Source: a virus. Taken from it: 64,000 bases of DNA. The stretch spans positions 1 through 64,000 of the IMG/VR virus record IMGVR_UViG_3300022744_000003; one strand, 5' to 3'. This document shows, piece by piece, positions 26,740 through 34,731 of this stretch. Both the position numbers and the translations under genes were made by a program. The notes below the pieces were generated by a model that did no database searches, was not told where the DNA came from, and saw only the letters and a list, made by a program, of their open reading frames with translations. The stretch's first letter is position 1; every line of letters begins with the position of its first letter.

Positions 26740-27635
26740 TTGGTGGTCGCCCTCTCCAGGGCACGGATCAGGCCCAGGCTGTGGTACAGCTCGTGGAGCC
26801 GGAGTGTCTCCTTCGGATTCCTCGACTGCTCGCGCAGCCCTTCGATCCGATCGGACAGGTCGGCCGGCCAGGGGTACGCGGCATCGAGCCGCTGGTAGAT
26901 GTTCCCCAGCGCGTTCTGCCGGTAGCCGATGGTCAGCAGCGCTGCCGCCGCGTGCAGGACGTAGGTGCTCGAGGACGAGCGGACCAGGTCGATGACGTTG
27001 TCCGCGAGCCAGGTGTGGAGCTGGACGTCGGCCACGAAGTCGTCGACCTTGTCCTTCGTGGTGAGTGCCCGGGTGATCGCCAGGGCAGCGGTGGGGTCCA
27101 GGCCGCGGGGGTCGCGCATCGCGTCCGCCAGGGCCGTGTCGTCGCGCTGGATCCCCAGCGCCGCGACCGGGTCCGCGTCCCGGGTGAACGAGGCGTCGTA
27201 GGCGAACCTCGACATCCACGCGTCCCGGTCGGGGGAGATGGTGAAGCCGACCTCCTGCTTCGGCTCGTAGGGGTGGAAGTGCATGTTCGTCCACCCGCAG
27301 GAGTAGAGGCCGTTGAAGCCCTCCTGCCGGATGGTCACGATCTCGGCCCAGTCCTCCGAGCGCGCTACGCCGACGCACATGGCCTGGAAGGCGATGTTGC
27401 TGACCGCGGACAGCGCGCCGGGGTCCTTGCAGTAGGCCACCATCACCGAGCCGGTCCCCTCGCTGCGGTGGCGGGTCTGCCACTGCGTGAGATGGACCGG
27501 CTCGCGGACCTCGTGCATCGTGACCATGTTCCAGTCCTGGTCCACGTCGACCGTGATCACGCTCAGGTCGGGCATGTACCCCAGGAAGCCGGGGATCTCC
27601 TCGAGCAGGTGCCTTGTCCAACGACGGTCACTCAC
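26733..27635 (-). CDS. hypothetical protein (300 aa), possibly DUF4192-like
   Basis: ORF track entry. The N-terminus LLEEIPGFLGYMPDLSVITVDV recalls the DUF4192 consensus (weak, from memory). Confidence 0.6.
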   Translation of the reverse strand: MSDRRWTRHLLEEIPGFLGYMPDLSVITVDVDQDWNMVTMHEVREPVHLTQWQTRHRSEGTGSVMVAYCKDPGALSAVSNIAFQAMCVGVARSEDWAEIVTIRQEGFNGLYSCGWTNMHFHPYEPKQEVGFTISPDRDAWMSRFAYDASFTRDADPVAALGIQRDDTALADAMRDPRGLDPTAALAITRALTTKDKVDDFVADVQLHTWLADNVIDLVRSSSSTYVLHAAAALLTIGYRQNALGNIYQRLDAAYPWPADLSDRIEGLREQSRNPKETLRLHELYHSLGLIRALERATTKS

Positions 27636-27843
27636 GGACCATCACCCCTTCGTTCATCATGGCCACGACCAGGTCGTGGGCCAGTCGGCGATCGACGGCG
27701 AAGGAGGCCGGGCCCAACTGCTGCCAGGCCTCCATCTCGACGTTGTCCCGCACCCAAGCATGGGCCACGGGGGTGACGGCCGTGAAGACCACGATGGAAC
27801 CATCGCGGTAGACCGTCATGTCGGGGACCAGGGAGCGCGTCAC
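27628..27843 (-). CDS. hypothetical protein (71 aa)
   Basis: GTGA overlap start. Translates as VTRSLVPDMTVYRDGSIVVFTAVTPVAHAW... Tail of ORF 27628..28197. Confidence 0.5.
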   Translation of the reverse strand: MTRSLVPDMTVYRDGSIVVFTAVTPVAHAWVRDNVEMEAWQQLGPASFAVDRRLAHDLVVAMMNEGVMVRE

Positions 27844-28307
27844 AGCCCCCATGGCGCCCGCTCGTAACGCTCGAGCTTCTCCGGGTCGTCGGCGAGGAGG
27901 GTCTTGGGCCCGTTCTCGTGCCACGCGGTCGGGTCGTACCCGAGCTCCTCGGCGATCGCGCAGTCGAGCATCCGTGTCCAGCTCTCGGCCTCGCTCGGGT
28001 ACCAGCCGCCGTGCTCGCACGACTGGTAGCGGTAGCAGCGGATCAGCTTGACGAGCTGGAGCACGTCGTCCGGGTCGTAGTCGTCCTTCGACTCGGGGTA
28101 GACGGCGGCGCTGGGAACCGGGCGCGCGTAGCTGTACTCGGGAGGGGTCTGGGACAGGCCGTAGCGGGCGTTGACGCTGGCGTGGTTCTCCAGCCACAGG
28201 ATCGTGCCCAGCGTGTCCGGGTCGATCTCCAGCGAGGGGATCCCCCGCTGGCCCAGCCCGCGCACCAGTGCGTCGATGTCCCTCTTGGAGACGATCCAGG
28301 CGCTCAC
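27840..28307 (-). CDS. hypothetical protein (155 aa)
   Basis: GTGA overlap start inside ORF 27840..28322. Confidence 0.55.
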   Translation of the reverse strand: MSAWIVSKRDIDALVRGLGQRGIPSLEIDPDTLGTILWLENHASVNARYGLSQTPPEYSYARPVPSAAVYPESKDDYDPDDVLQLVKLIRCYRYQSCEHGGWYPSEAESWTRMLDCAIAEELGYDPTAWHENGPKTLLADDPEKLERYERAPWGL

Positions 28308-28657
28308 ACCGCCTCCAGGCACTGCTTGGGGATGCCGGCGAGGCGGTGCTCGGTCTCGGACTCGGGGATGAAGCGCTTGGACGTGTAGCGGTACTGGTCC
28401 GTGCTCGCGGGGTCCAGGATCACGGTGACCGAGTTGCCCTTGGGCTCGAAGGCCGTGGGCTCGACGACCACGCCGGTGAGGCCGACGAGGTACTTCGGCT
28501 TGATGTTGATGATCTTGACCTTCATGCCGACCTTGATCTCGGACGCGCGGATCGCGCCGAGGGTCTTGTGCCGGGTCTTGTACGCCTCGAAGACGCTGGT
28601 GAGGTCGGCCTCGTTGTCGATCTGGTGGATGGCTGCGACGAGCTCGGAGATGGTCAT
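28304..28657 (-). CDS. hypothetical protein (117 aa)
   Basis: ATGA overlap start (MTISELVAAIHQ...) inside ORF 28304..28687. Confidence 0.55.
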   Translation of the reverse strand: MTISELVAAIHQIDNEADLTSVFEAYKTRHKTLGAIRASEIKVGMKVKIINIKPKYLVGLTGVVVEPTAFEPKGNSVTVILDPASTDQYRYTSKRFIPESETEHRLAGIPKQCLEAV

Positions 28658-28917
28658 GCGTCTGTCCCTTCGGGGGTCGTGAACCACTTCTCGTACGCCT
28701 CGACGTGCGAGGGGAACACCAGGCGGATGGCCGCCCGGTGCGCGGGGTCGCTCTTGGCGATCAGGCGGAGCATCTGCGCGCTCCAGTTCGTGCCGGCCTG
28801 CATCGCGTGGCCGACGTTCTCGCGGTCGAAGTCCGTGATCTGCAGGTCGGGGCTCTCACGAGCCCGGATGACGCCCGCGACGACGGCGACGAGCCCGAGC
28901 TCGTCCGGAGTCATCAT
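28654..28917 (-). CDS. hypothetical protein (87 aa)
   Basis: TGATG overlap start (MMTPDELGLVAVVAG...) inside ORF 28654..29031. Confidence 0.5.
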   Translation of the reverse strand: MMTPDELGLVAVVAGVIRARESPDLQITDFDRENVGHAMQAGTNWSAQMLRLIAKSDPAHRAAIRLVFPSHVEAYEKWFTTPEGTDA

Positions 28918-29186
28918 CAGTACTCCGGGTCGATCTCGAAGGTGGGCATAAGCAGGAACCCATCGTGGCCGGTGGAGGCCAGCGAGAAGTCCCAGCCGCG
29001 CTCGCCGGCCTTGATCTTCGTGGGCGACCACTCGATGCCCTGGTAGGCCAGGAAGCGGTTGCCCTCGGGGTCGGCCGAGGTGACGAACGCGTCGTCGGCC
29101 TTGATGTCGCCCTGCGCCACCATGGCGCCGAGCGTGGCGATGAGCTGGCCGACGGTCAGGAAGTCGGCGGGGGTCTTGTCGGTCAT
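28917..29186 (-). CDS. hypothetical protein (89 aa)
   Basis: ATGA overlap start (MTDKTPADFLTVGQ...) inside ORF 28917..29261. Confidence 0.5.
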   Translation of the reverse strand: MTDKTPADFLTVGQLIATLGAMVAQGDIKADDAFVTSADPEGNRFLAYQGIEWSPTKIKAGERGWDFSLASTGHDGFLLMPTFEIDPEY

Positions 29187-29365
29187 GCCACTCTCCAGTT
29201 CAGGTAGGCCCGCCGCGCGATCGCGACGGGGAGGAGCAGGATCGCCGCCATGAGGATCCACGGCAGCATGATCGGGAGAAGGAGGCCTGCGACGATGACG
29301 CAGGCGTACGACGCCCAGATGAAGAAGGTCCAGAGGTAGAGCCAGATCTGCTCGAAGAACGTCAT
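29183..29365 (-). CDS. small two-helix membrane protein (60 aa)
   Basis: GAGGGGTGAAG RBS. Translates as MTFFEQIWLYLWTFFIWASYACVIVAGLLLPIMLPWILMAAILLLPVAI. Confidence 0.55.
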   Translation of the reverse strand: MTFFEQIWLYLWTFFIWASYACVIVAGLLLPIMLPWILMAAILLLPVAIARRAYLNWRVA

Positions 29366-29386
29366 CACTTCACCCCTCACAGAGAA

Positions 29387-29412
29387 AGCCCCCGACCAGG
29401 CGGCCGGGGGCT
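29387..29412 (-). terminator. GC hairpin with U-rich tail on the - strand (terminator/attenuator)
   Basis: - strand reads AGCCCCCGGCCGCCTGGTCGGGGGCT followed by TTCTCTGTG. A second hairpin lies at 29424..29453. Confidence 0.5.
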
Positions 29413-29517
29413 GAACATGGAACGAGCCCCGCCTCATCAGGAGGTCGGGGCTCTTCGAGCGTCTTGCGGTAGTGCTTGGAAGCAGAGCAGGCGACCTGTT
29501 GCTTCCCGAACACTCAC

Positions 29518-29549
29518 AGTATGGCACCTTACGATCAAAGTGTCAAGAC
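29518..29549 (-). promoter_or_regulatory. conserved intergenic motif with sigma70-like TTGACA-17-CATACT
   Basis: - strand reads GTCTTGACACTTTGATCGTAAGGT. The -35 element overlaps the stop of 29543..30136. Confidence 0.45.
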
Positions 29550-30136
29550 CAGGAGATTCGGCTCGTCATGGCCCTCTTACGGGCGTCCAGCGCCTCGCTG
29601 CCCTGGGCCCAGGCCGTGTCGAAGGACGCCTTGTCCATGACGAGCCAGTCGGGGAAGTGATCCATCACCCAGTACGAGATCAGGACGTCGAAGTCCTCCT
29701 CCTGGATCTCATGGGTGTTCTTGCGGATCAGCTTCCAGGTGGCGTCATCCGCCTTGCGATCGCTCCCGTTCGCATCCCACCAGGCCTTGAAGGCCTCGGC
29801 GAACGCCGCGGGCTCGTTCTGCACGATCATCTCGTGCAACTGCATGGTCGGGTGGTTCGTCCACTTCCGCGCCCGCTCGAGCTCCTGGAGCCCGAACAGG
29901 TGCATCCCGACCACCATGTTGGACCGGTCCTCGTAGTACGAGTCCATGATCCAGTCCTCATGGTGGTCATGCAGGTACTCCACGACCTCGGCGTAGAAGA
30001 CGTGGACCGAGCGAGCGACGTGCGCGGCCCAGGACTTCTGGGTGTCACGCAGGCTCTTGTACTTCTCCGTGATGCTCAGGGGGATCCACCTCCTCGATGG
30101 CGTCGAGAGCAACAGCCAGCCGCAGCGCCGGCACAT
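29543..30136 (-). CDS. hypothetical protein; true start unclear (no good start codon; may be reached by +1 shift from 30045..30365)
   Basis: The frame is clearly coding from SITEKYKSLRDTQKSWAAHV (about 30076) onward. The first 19 codons of the ORF (MCRRCGWLLLSTPSRRW) look off-frame. Confidence 0.55.
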   Translation of the reverse strand: MCRRCGWLLLSTPSRRWIPLSITEKYKSLRDTQKSWAAHVARSVHVFYAEVVEYLHDHHEDWIMDSYYEDRSNMVVGMHLFGLQELERARKWTNHPTMQLHEMIVQNEPAAFAEAFKAWWDANGSDRKADDATWKLIRKNTHEIQEEDFDVLISYWVMDHFPDWLVMDKASFDTAWAQGSEALDARKRAMTSRISWS

Positions 30137-30365
30137 CGGTCTTGTGCAGGTCGAAGTAGCCCCTGCACAGGGCCTGGCCCCCAGATCCGTAGAACGGGAG
30201 CGTCTGGTGACATGAGAAGGCCGCCTCGGCTGCGAGGTTCTCCTCGATCAGCGCCTTGAGGCGGCCGGGTGGCAGGTGCATGAGATTGCCTGGTCGGAGA
30301 ACGCAGGTCGTGCACTTCTCCTTCAGGACGTGCACCTTGCCGTCGCGGTACGGAGGGGCGTTCAT
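30045..30365 (-). CDS. Cys-containing small protein (106 aa in the 0 frame)
   Basis: ATGA overlap start. Translates as MNAPPYRDGKVHVLKEKCTTCVLRPGN...SCHQTL...ALCRGYF. The last 13 codons have poor GC3. Confidence 0.55.
   Translation of the reverse strand: MNAPPYRDGKVHVLKEKCTTCVLRPGNLMHLPPGRLKALIEENLAAEAAFSCHQTLPFYGSGGQALCRGYFDLHKTDVPALRLAVALDAIEEVDPPEHHGEVQEPA
30077..30083 (-). other. candidate +1 frameshift site CCC_CCU_G preceded by an SD-like GAGGAGGUG
   Basis: mRNA reads GAG GAG GUG GAU CCC CCU GAG. The +1 frame reads CCC CUG AGC AUC ACG. Confidence 0.4.
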
Positions 30366-30670
30366 CCCGCACCCACGTAGTGAGCCCCCCACTCTCTGCG
30401 CATGGCAGATCGCAGGGGGCTCGGTATGGGCAATTCTACCCCCAGGGTGACGAGGGTGGAAGAGGGGAACCGCCGGCGGATCCAGGTGGCGGTCCGCTCG
30501 GTCAGGACCCGCTTGCGCAGTTCCTGCTCGGTGTGGCCGATCAGGACCCGGCTGATCCGCTGCCCCTGCGGGGAGACGATGATCGCCCGGACGTGGCTGG
30601 CGTGGTCGCGGAAGACGATCCAGACCGGGGAGTTCCCGATCTCGGCGTCCTCGCTGTACTCGACGAACAT
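30362..30670 (-). CDS. hypothetical protein (102 aa)
   Basis: TGATG overlap start (MFVEYSEDAEIGNSPVWIVFRDH...) inside ORF 30362..30862. Confidence 0.5.
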   Translation of the reverse strand: MFVEYSEDAEIGNSPVWIVFRDHASHVRAIIVSPQGQRISRVLIGHTEQELRKRVLTERTATWIRRRFPSSTLVTLGVELPIPSPLRSAMRREWGAHYVGAG

Positions 30671-31353
30671 CACGCCTCCCCGGTGATCGCACGGTCCACG
30701 GCGTCGAGGACGCGCAGGAGGCGACGGCGCAGCACGGTGCTGTGCGTCGCTTCCGGCGTCGCCTCGGCAGCCGCCCGCAGGGTGTCCACGTCGTCCTTGC
30801 TTGCCCGCAGAGCGGCGAGCGCGGCACGGGCCTCGTCCCGCTGGCGGCGCATCTCGCGCCATGCATCCGACTCGCGCCCGAGCCCGCGCAGGTGCTCAAC
30901 CTCGGCACGCTGGTCCTCCACCTCGCGGCGCAGCGCGTCCGTCTCGGCGGCGAGCGCGGCACGGGCCTCGTCCCGCTGGTCGATCATGTCGCGGGCGATC
31001 TGCCGGGCCTCGTCCCGCTCGGCGGTCAGGTCGGCGTTGTCGGCCACCTGCTCGTCGTAGTGCTGCCACGCCGAGTCGCGGGCCTCGGTCAGCCGCTCCA
31101 CGTCGCGGCGTAGCGCCTCCGTCTCGGCCAGCAGTCCCTCGTACACCGCCTTGGACGCGCCCCCGTTGTAGGTCCGGCGCAGGGCCTCCGTCTCGGCGGC
31201 GATGCGGGCGGCGATGTACGGCTCCAGCGCTGCGACAGCGGTGCGGGCCTCCGCGAAGTGCCCAACGACGTAGGGCTGCTCCGTCCGGGCGCACCCTGGG
31301 CAGTCGGCGGCCAGCGTCTCGGCCACGGCGGTCACGGCGTCGTCACGGTTCAT
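30670..31353 (-). CDS. coiled-coil protein with internal duplication
   Basis: 227 aa. Repeated RDEARAALAA and ETEALRR segments. A 32-bp perfect direct repeat lies at 30813..30844 and 30948..30979. Confidence 0.65.
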   Translation of the reverse strand: MNRDDAVTAVAETLAADCPGCARTEQPYVVGHFAEARTAVAALEPYIAARIAAETEALRRTYNGGASKAVYEGLLAETEALRRDVERLTEARDSAWQHYDEQVADNADLTAERDEARQIARDMIDQRDEARAALAAETDALRREVEDQRAEVEHLRGLGRESDAWREMRRQRDEARAALAALRASKDDVDTLRAAAEATPEATHSTVLRRRLLRVLDAVDRAITGEA

Positions 31354-31592
31354 GCGTTCCTCGCAAGCCGGCCGAGCGAGTCGGCCATGATCTCGATGTC
31401 GCGCCCGAGGTTGTCGTGACGCTCGATCGTGATGATGAGCGAGTCGATGAGCATCGCCACCGCGAGGGTGGCCTCGACCTGCGCCATCATGATCAGGTCG
31501 GTCGAGCTCATCAACTCGGGCCTACCCTTCGCGTGGCGCAGCCGGGTCCTCGCCTCGTCGTAGTGGTGCTCAGCGCTCTCTGCGAACCCCAT
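31350..31592 (-). CDS. hypothetical protein (80 aa)
   Basis: ORF track entry. ATGA overlap with the next gene. Confidence 0.55.
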   Translation of the reverse strand: MGFAESAEHHYDEARTRLRHAKGRPELMSSTDLIMMAQVEATLAVAMLIDSLIITIERHDNLGRDIEIMADSLGRLARNA

Positions 31593-31761
31593 GGAAGATC
31601 ACCTGTCCTGTCTCGATGAAGTAGTCCATCTGCCTCTGGTAGTGACCCTGACCAGGAGGGCCGCCCATCTCGTCCAGCATGAACTGGAACAGGTGGGCGG
31701 CCTCGGCCTCGGTCATGTCACCTTGCTCGTACCGCATGATGTCCTCGGTGAAGGCGTCCAT
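31570..31761 (-). CDS. hypothetical protein (63 aa)
   Basis: TGATG overlap start (MDAFTEDIMRYEQGDMTEAEAAHLF...) inside ORF 31570..31914. Confidence 0.45.
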   Translation of the reverse strand: MDAFTEDIMRYEQGDMTEAEAAHLFQFMLDEMGGPPGQGHYQRQMDYFIETGQVIFHGVRRER

Positions 31762-32132
31762 CAGGCCTCCCTGCAGAGCAGGAGGGCCCACGCCTCGCCC
31801 GAGGTCGCCAGCGCCCAGGCCTGGTCGAAGGGGAGCCCCTCGACCTGCCCATCGCGCCGGACGACCACGTAGGTGGCGACGAACTGCTGGCGCCAGGCCT
31901 TGGTCGGGACGCACTCGTAGCCGATCGTCTCCTCGAGGATCCGGTAGGGCTCATCGGCCTGGGCCGCCTGCCCCTTCGTGATCCCCTCCTGCTCGTCGTA
32001 GCAGCGCTGGAGGGGGTCGGTGCTCTGCATATGCCCGGCGCACGGGTCGTCGTAGGACTCGCGCGCGCCGATCGCGCCGATAGGGAGCATCAGCGCCAGG
32101 GCGATGGTCGGGACCATCGCGGCGATCCTCAT
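31761..32132 (-). CDS. secreted/exported protein (123 aa, N-terminal signal-like helix)
   Basis: ATGA overlap start. Translates as MRIAAMVPTIALALMLPIGAIGARESYDDPC... Tail of ORF 31761..32495. Confidence 0.5.
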   Translation of the reverse strand: MRIAAMVPTIALALMLPIGAIGARESYDDPCAGHMQSTDPLQRCYDEQEGITKGQAAQADEPYRILEETIGYECVPTKAWRQQFVATYVVVRRDGQVEGLPFDQAWALATSGEAWALLLCREA

Positions 32133-32542
32133 GTCCGGTCGTCCACGACGAAGAGGGCGGCGTGGCCGTCCTCGGGGTCCACGTTGTGGTTGAAGTACGG
32201 CTCGAGGTCGCTCTCGAGGGGGACGAACCGCGTGAGCGCCCCACTGCAGATCGTGCACAGCAGCTCCTGGTAGAGAGCCCCGCGAGCGAGGTTGGGGTGC
32301 TCGGCCTGCTCGTCCGTGAGCTTCGAGTACTGCGTCCGAAGGAACCACCGGACGGTGAAGGGCAGGTCGGTGCCGTCGATCTCGTCCAGGGTCGCACTGA
32401 CCTCGGGATCGGCGGGGTCCCCGAAGACCTCGACGCCCGAGAGCCCTCCCCTGACCATGACCATCTTCTCGGGCGGCGGCCAGGGGCCGGTCCATCCGAG
32501 GTTCTGTGCGGCAGGGACGCCCTTGAAGCGCAGGAAGTCCAT
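32129..32542 (-). CDS. hypothetical protein (137 aa)
   Basis: TGATG overlap start (MDFLRFKGVPAAQNLGWTGPW...) inside ORF 32129..32845. Confidence 0.5.
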   Translation of the reverse strand: MDFLRFKGVPAAQNLGWTGPWPPPEKMVMVRGGLSGVEVFGDPADPEVSATLDEIDGTDLPFTVRWFLRTQYSKLTDEQAEHPNLARGALYQELLCTICSGALTRFVPLESDLEPYFNHNVDPEDGHAALFVVDDRT

Positions 32543-32850
32543 CACGACACCTCCGCCTCGTCCTCGAACTGCTCGACGAGATCGGTCCAGTCCGTCCCGC
32601 CGCCCTGGTCGGTCGAGACCAGGGAGATGAAGCGCAGGAAGCACGACTGCTCCCACCAGTCCGACACCATCGGGAAGGCCTCGTCCCCGAGGTCCTCCGT
32701 CCCGTGGATCTCGGACTCGCCCTCGCCGTAGCCGAGCTCGTGGAAGCGCTGCGCCTGGTCGAGGTCGGCCAGGATGTAGATCTTGTGGCAGCCGTCCCAG
32801 GCGATCGCGACGGACTTCTCGACGGCCTCCTGGACCTTCGTCCACTCCAT
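32542..32850 (-). CDS. hypothetical acidic protein (102 aa)
   Basis: TGATG overlap start (MEWTKVQEAVEKSVAIAWDGCHK...) inside ORF 32542..32982. Confidence 0.5.
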   Translation of the reverse strand: MEWTKVQEAVEKSVAIAWDGCHKIYILADLDQAQRFHELGYGEGESEIHGTEDLGDEAFPMVSDWWEQSCFLRFISLVSTDQGGGTDWTDLVEQFEDEAEVS

Positions 32851-33434
32851 CACAGCACCTCCATCTCGGTGACGATGCAGACCTCGGCGGCCTGGAGCAG
32901 GTGCTGCTCCACGAGGTAGTCGAAGGTCCTGGCGTTTCCGGACTCCCGCGACCCGCTGATGTACCAGACGTTCCGCCCGCACTTCGCGGCGGTGTAGGTG
33001 TACGCCTTCGGGGAGCCGCGGTACTTCATCGTGAAGACGATGATCGAGCCGATCTCGTAGTCGTCGTCGGTCAGGAAGCGCTGGGCCTTCTCGGCCTCCT
33101 CGTAGAGCGAGCCGAGCACGCGCTCGGCCGCCTTGATGCGGGCGTTGATGTTCACCATCTTCTCCTCACTGGTCAGAAGGCTCGGGCACACGGCGTGCCC
33201 GAACTCGTCGTCGACGTACTGTGCGGGGTCGCCGGCCTCGATCCGGTATCCGCAGCGGCTGCACCAGCCGCCGTAGCGGGCCGGGAAGACCGGACCGCTC
33301 TCCCTGGTCTCGTACTCCACCTTCACGACCTCGAGGCCGAGCAGCGACCGGGCCCTGAAGTCGGGCTTGTCGGTGTCCCAGACCTCGTAGCAGAGGGCGT
33401 TGTCGCCCTCGCGGTACCCGAAGATCGTCGCCAT
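32850..33434 (-). CDS. hypothetical protein (194 aa) with CxxC pair
   Basis: GGAG RBS. Translates as MATIFGYREGDNALCYEVW...GGWCSRCGYRIEAGD. Lies inside ORF 32850..33497. Confidence 0.55.
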   Translation of the reverse strand: MATIFGYREGDNALCYEVWDTDKPDFRARSLLGLEVVKVEYETRESGPVFPARYGGWCSRCGYRIEAGDPAQYVDDEFGHAVCPSLLTSEEKMVNINARIKAAERVLGSLYEEAEKAQRFLTDDDYEIGSIIVFTMKYRGSPKAYTYTAAKCGRNVWYISGSRESGNARTFDYLVEQHLLQAAEVCIVTEMEVL

Positions 33435-33435
33435 C

Positions 33436-33570
33436 TCAGCGCTCCGGGAACTGGGCCGCGCAGGCGGCGGGGTCGTCGGCGTTCGCGCACGGGTCACCCT
33501 GCATGAGCAAGATCCCGATCGCCGCGGCGATGATCATCAGCAGCATCAGGGTCCCCTTGTTCATCCTCAT
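33436..33570 (-). CDS. small membrane/secreted peptide (44 aa)
   Basis: AGGAGTGACC RBS. Translates as MRMNKGTLMLLMIIAAAIGILLMQGDPCANADDPAACAAQFPER. Overlaps the 3' end of the upstream gene. Confidence 0.4.
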   Translation of the reverse strand: MRMNKGTLMLLMIIAAAIGILLMQGDPCANADDPAACAAQFPER

Positions 33571-34351
33571 GGTCACTCCTCATCTTCCGGATCCGGTAGA
33601 GCGTCCTGCTGGTCACCCCGAGGCGGGGAGCAGCTTCTTCGATGGTGAGCCCCTCGTAGCGCTCGAGGTGCTCGAAGTCCGCCCACAGGAGGTCCTGCGG
33701 GTTCTCCTCATCGGTCGAGGGGACATGGGCGGGGTCGTCGATGGTGTCGTCGTCCCACCAGATGGGAGCCAGGTAGCCCCGCTTGCGGGCCCAGCCCCTG
33801 CTCAGGTGCGAGGGGCCGGGCGTGCTGCTCAGCTCGTCGTAGAGCCTCGCGACCCGTACGTGGTTCCGCACGGTGATGGTGTCGCCGCGCTGGTTGAGCA
33901 GGACGGCGGTGGTGACGCCCGAGCGCCGGTACATCTCCGCATGCGTCCAACCGATCGCCAGCAGCGCCTGGATGCGCCGGCACGCCCCGATCCGGGGTAC
34001 GAAGGTCTCGTCCTGGTCGTCGCTCGGGGAGTAGACCGGCCCGGTCACCGACAGGATCGCCTCGACGACCGCGCGCTTGGCCTGGTTGCTGCTGCCCCGC
34101 GTGACGTGGTGCAGCGTCGACCTGCTGAGACCCGCGGCCTTGGCGATCGAGGAGTACGACATGCCGACCGCGTGGAGCCGGTCGGCATGCTCCCTCGCCG
34201 CGGTGGAGTCCACCAGGCGGGTGATGCCCTGCGCGCGCTGGTGGCGCCACCGCTTCTGGTAGCGGGTCATGGCGGCCGCGCAGGGCTCGCACGGATCCGA
34301 CCCCTCCTTGCGGTGCCGCTGGAAGCCCGCCGTGGTCCCGTGCCCGCTCAT
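33494..34351 (-). CDS. putative DNA-binding regulator (N-terminal Cys motif plus HTH segments)
   Basis: ATGA overlap start. Translates as MSGHGTTAGFQRHRKEGSDPCEPCAAAMTRY... Has HTH-like SYSSIAKAAGLSRSTLHHV and LGVTSRTLYRIRK. Confidence 0.55.
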   Translation of the reverse strand: MSGHGTTAGFQRHRKEGSDPCEPCAAAMTRYQKRWRHQRAQGITRLVDSTAAREHADRLHAVGMSYSSIAKAAGLSRSTLHHVTRGSSNQAKRAVVEAILSVTGPVYSPSDDQDETFVPRIGACRRIQALLAIGWTHAEMYRRSGVTTAVLLNQRGDTITVRNHVRVARLYDELSSTPGPSHLSRGWARKRGYLAPIWWDDDTIDDPAHVPSTDEENPQDLLWADFEHLERYEGLTIEEAAPRLGVTSRTLYRIRKMRSDHEDEQGDPDAADDHRRGDRDLAHAG

Positions 34352-34713
34352 CGCGCTCCGGCGATCATGACCGCGAGCTGGACGAGCATCTCGTCCGGGC
34401 AGCGGCCGATCGCGTTGAGCACCGTCTGGCGGTACGCGGGCGCCTCGTGCTCGCGCGGGAACAGTCCGACGTAGCCGGCGTCCCGGTACGAGAGGCCGTA
34501 GGCGCTGCGCCGGTCGCTGATCGACCGGGCGATGGGGTGGAGCTGCTCGGCGGTCATACCGGCGACGGTGTAGCCGAGGTTGACGCGCTGCTGGCCGGGG
34601 GTCTCCGGACGGCGGGGCTCGCTCTCGACCATCTGGGCGAACGTGGTGTCGGCCATGGCGAGCGTGCCGCCGATGGCGAGGGCGAGCATCAGGTTGCGGG
34701 TGCTGGTCTTCAT
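34348..34713 (-). CDS. secreted protein (121 aa, signal peptide)
   Basis: GGAGG RBS. Translates as MKTSTRNLMLALAIGGTLAMADTTFAQ... Lies inside ORF 34348..34755. Confidence 0.55.
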   Translation of the reverse strand: MKTSTRNLMLALAIGGTLAMADTTFAQMVESEPRRPETPGQQRVNLGYTVAGMTAEQLHPIARSISDRRSAYGLSYRDAGYVGLFPREHEAPAYRQTVLNAIGRCPDEMLVQLAVMIAGAR

Positions 34714-34731
34714 GACTACCTCCACTAATCG

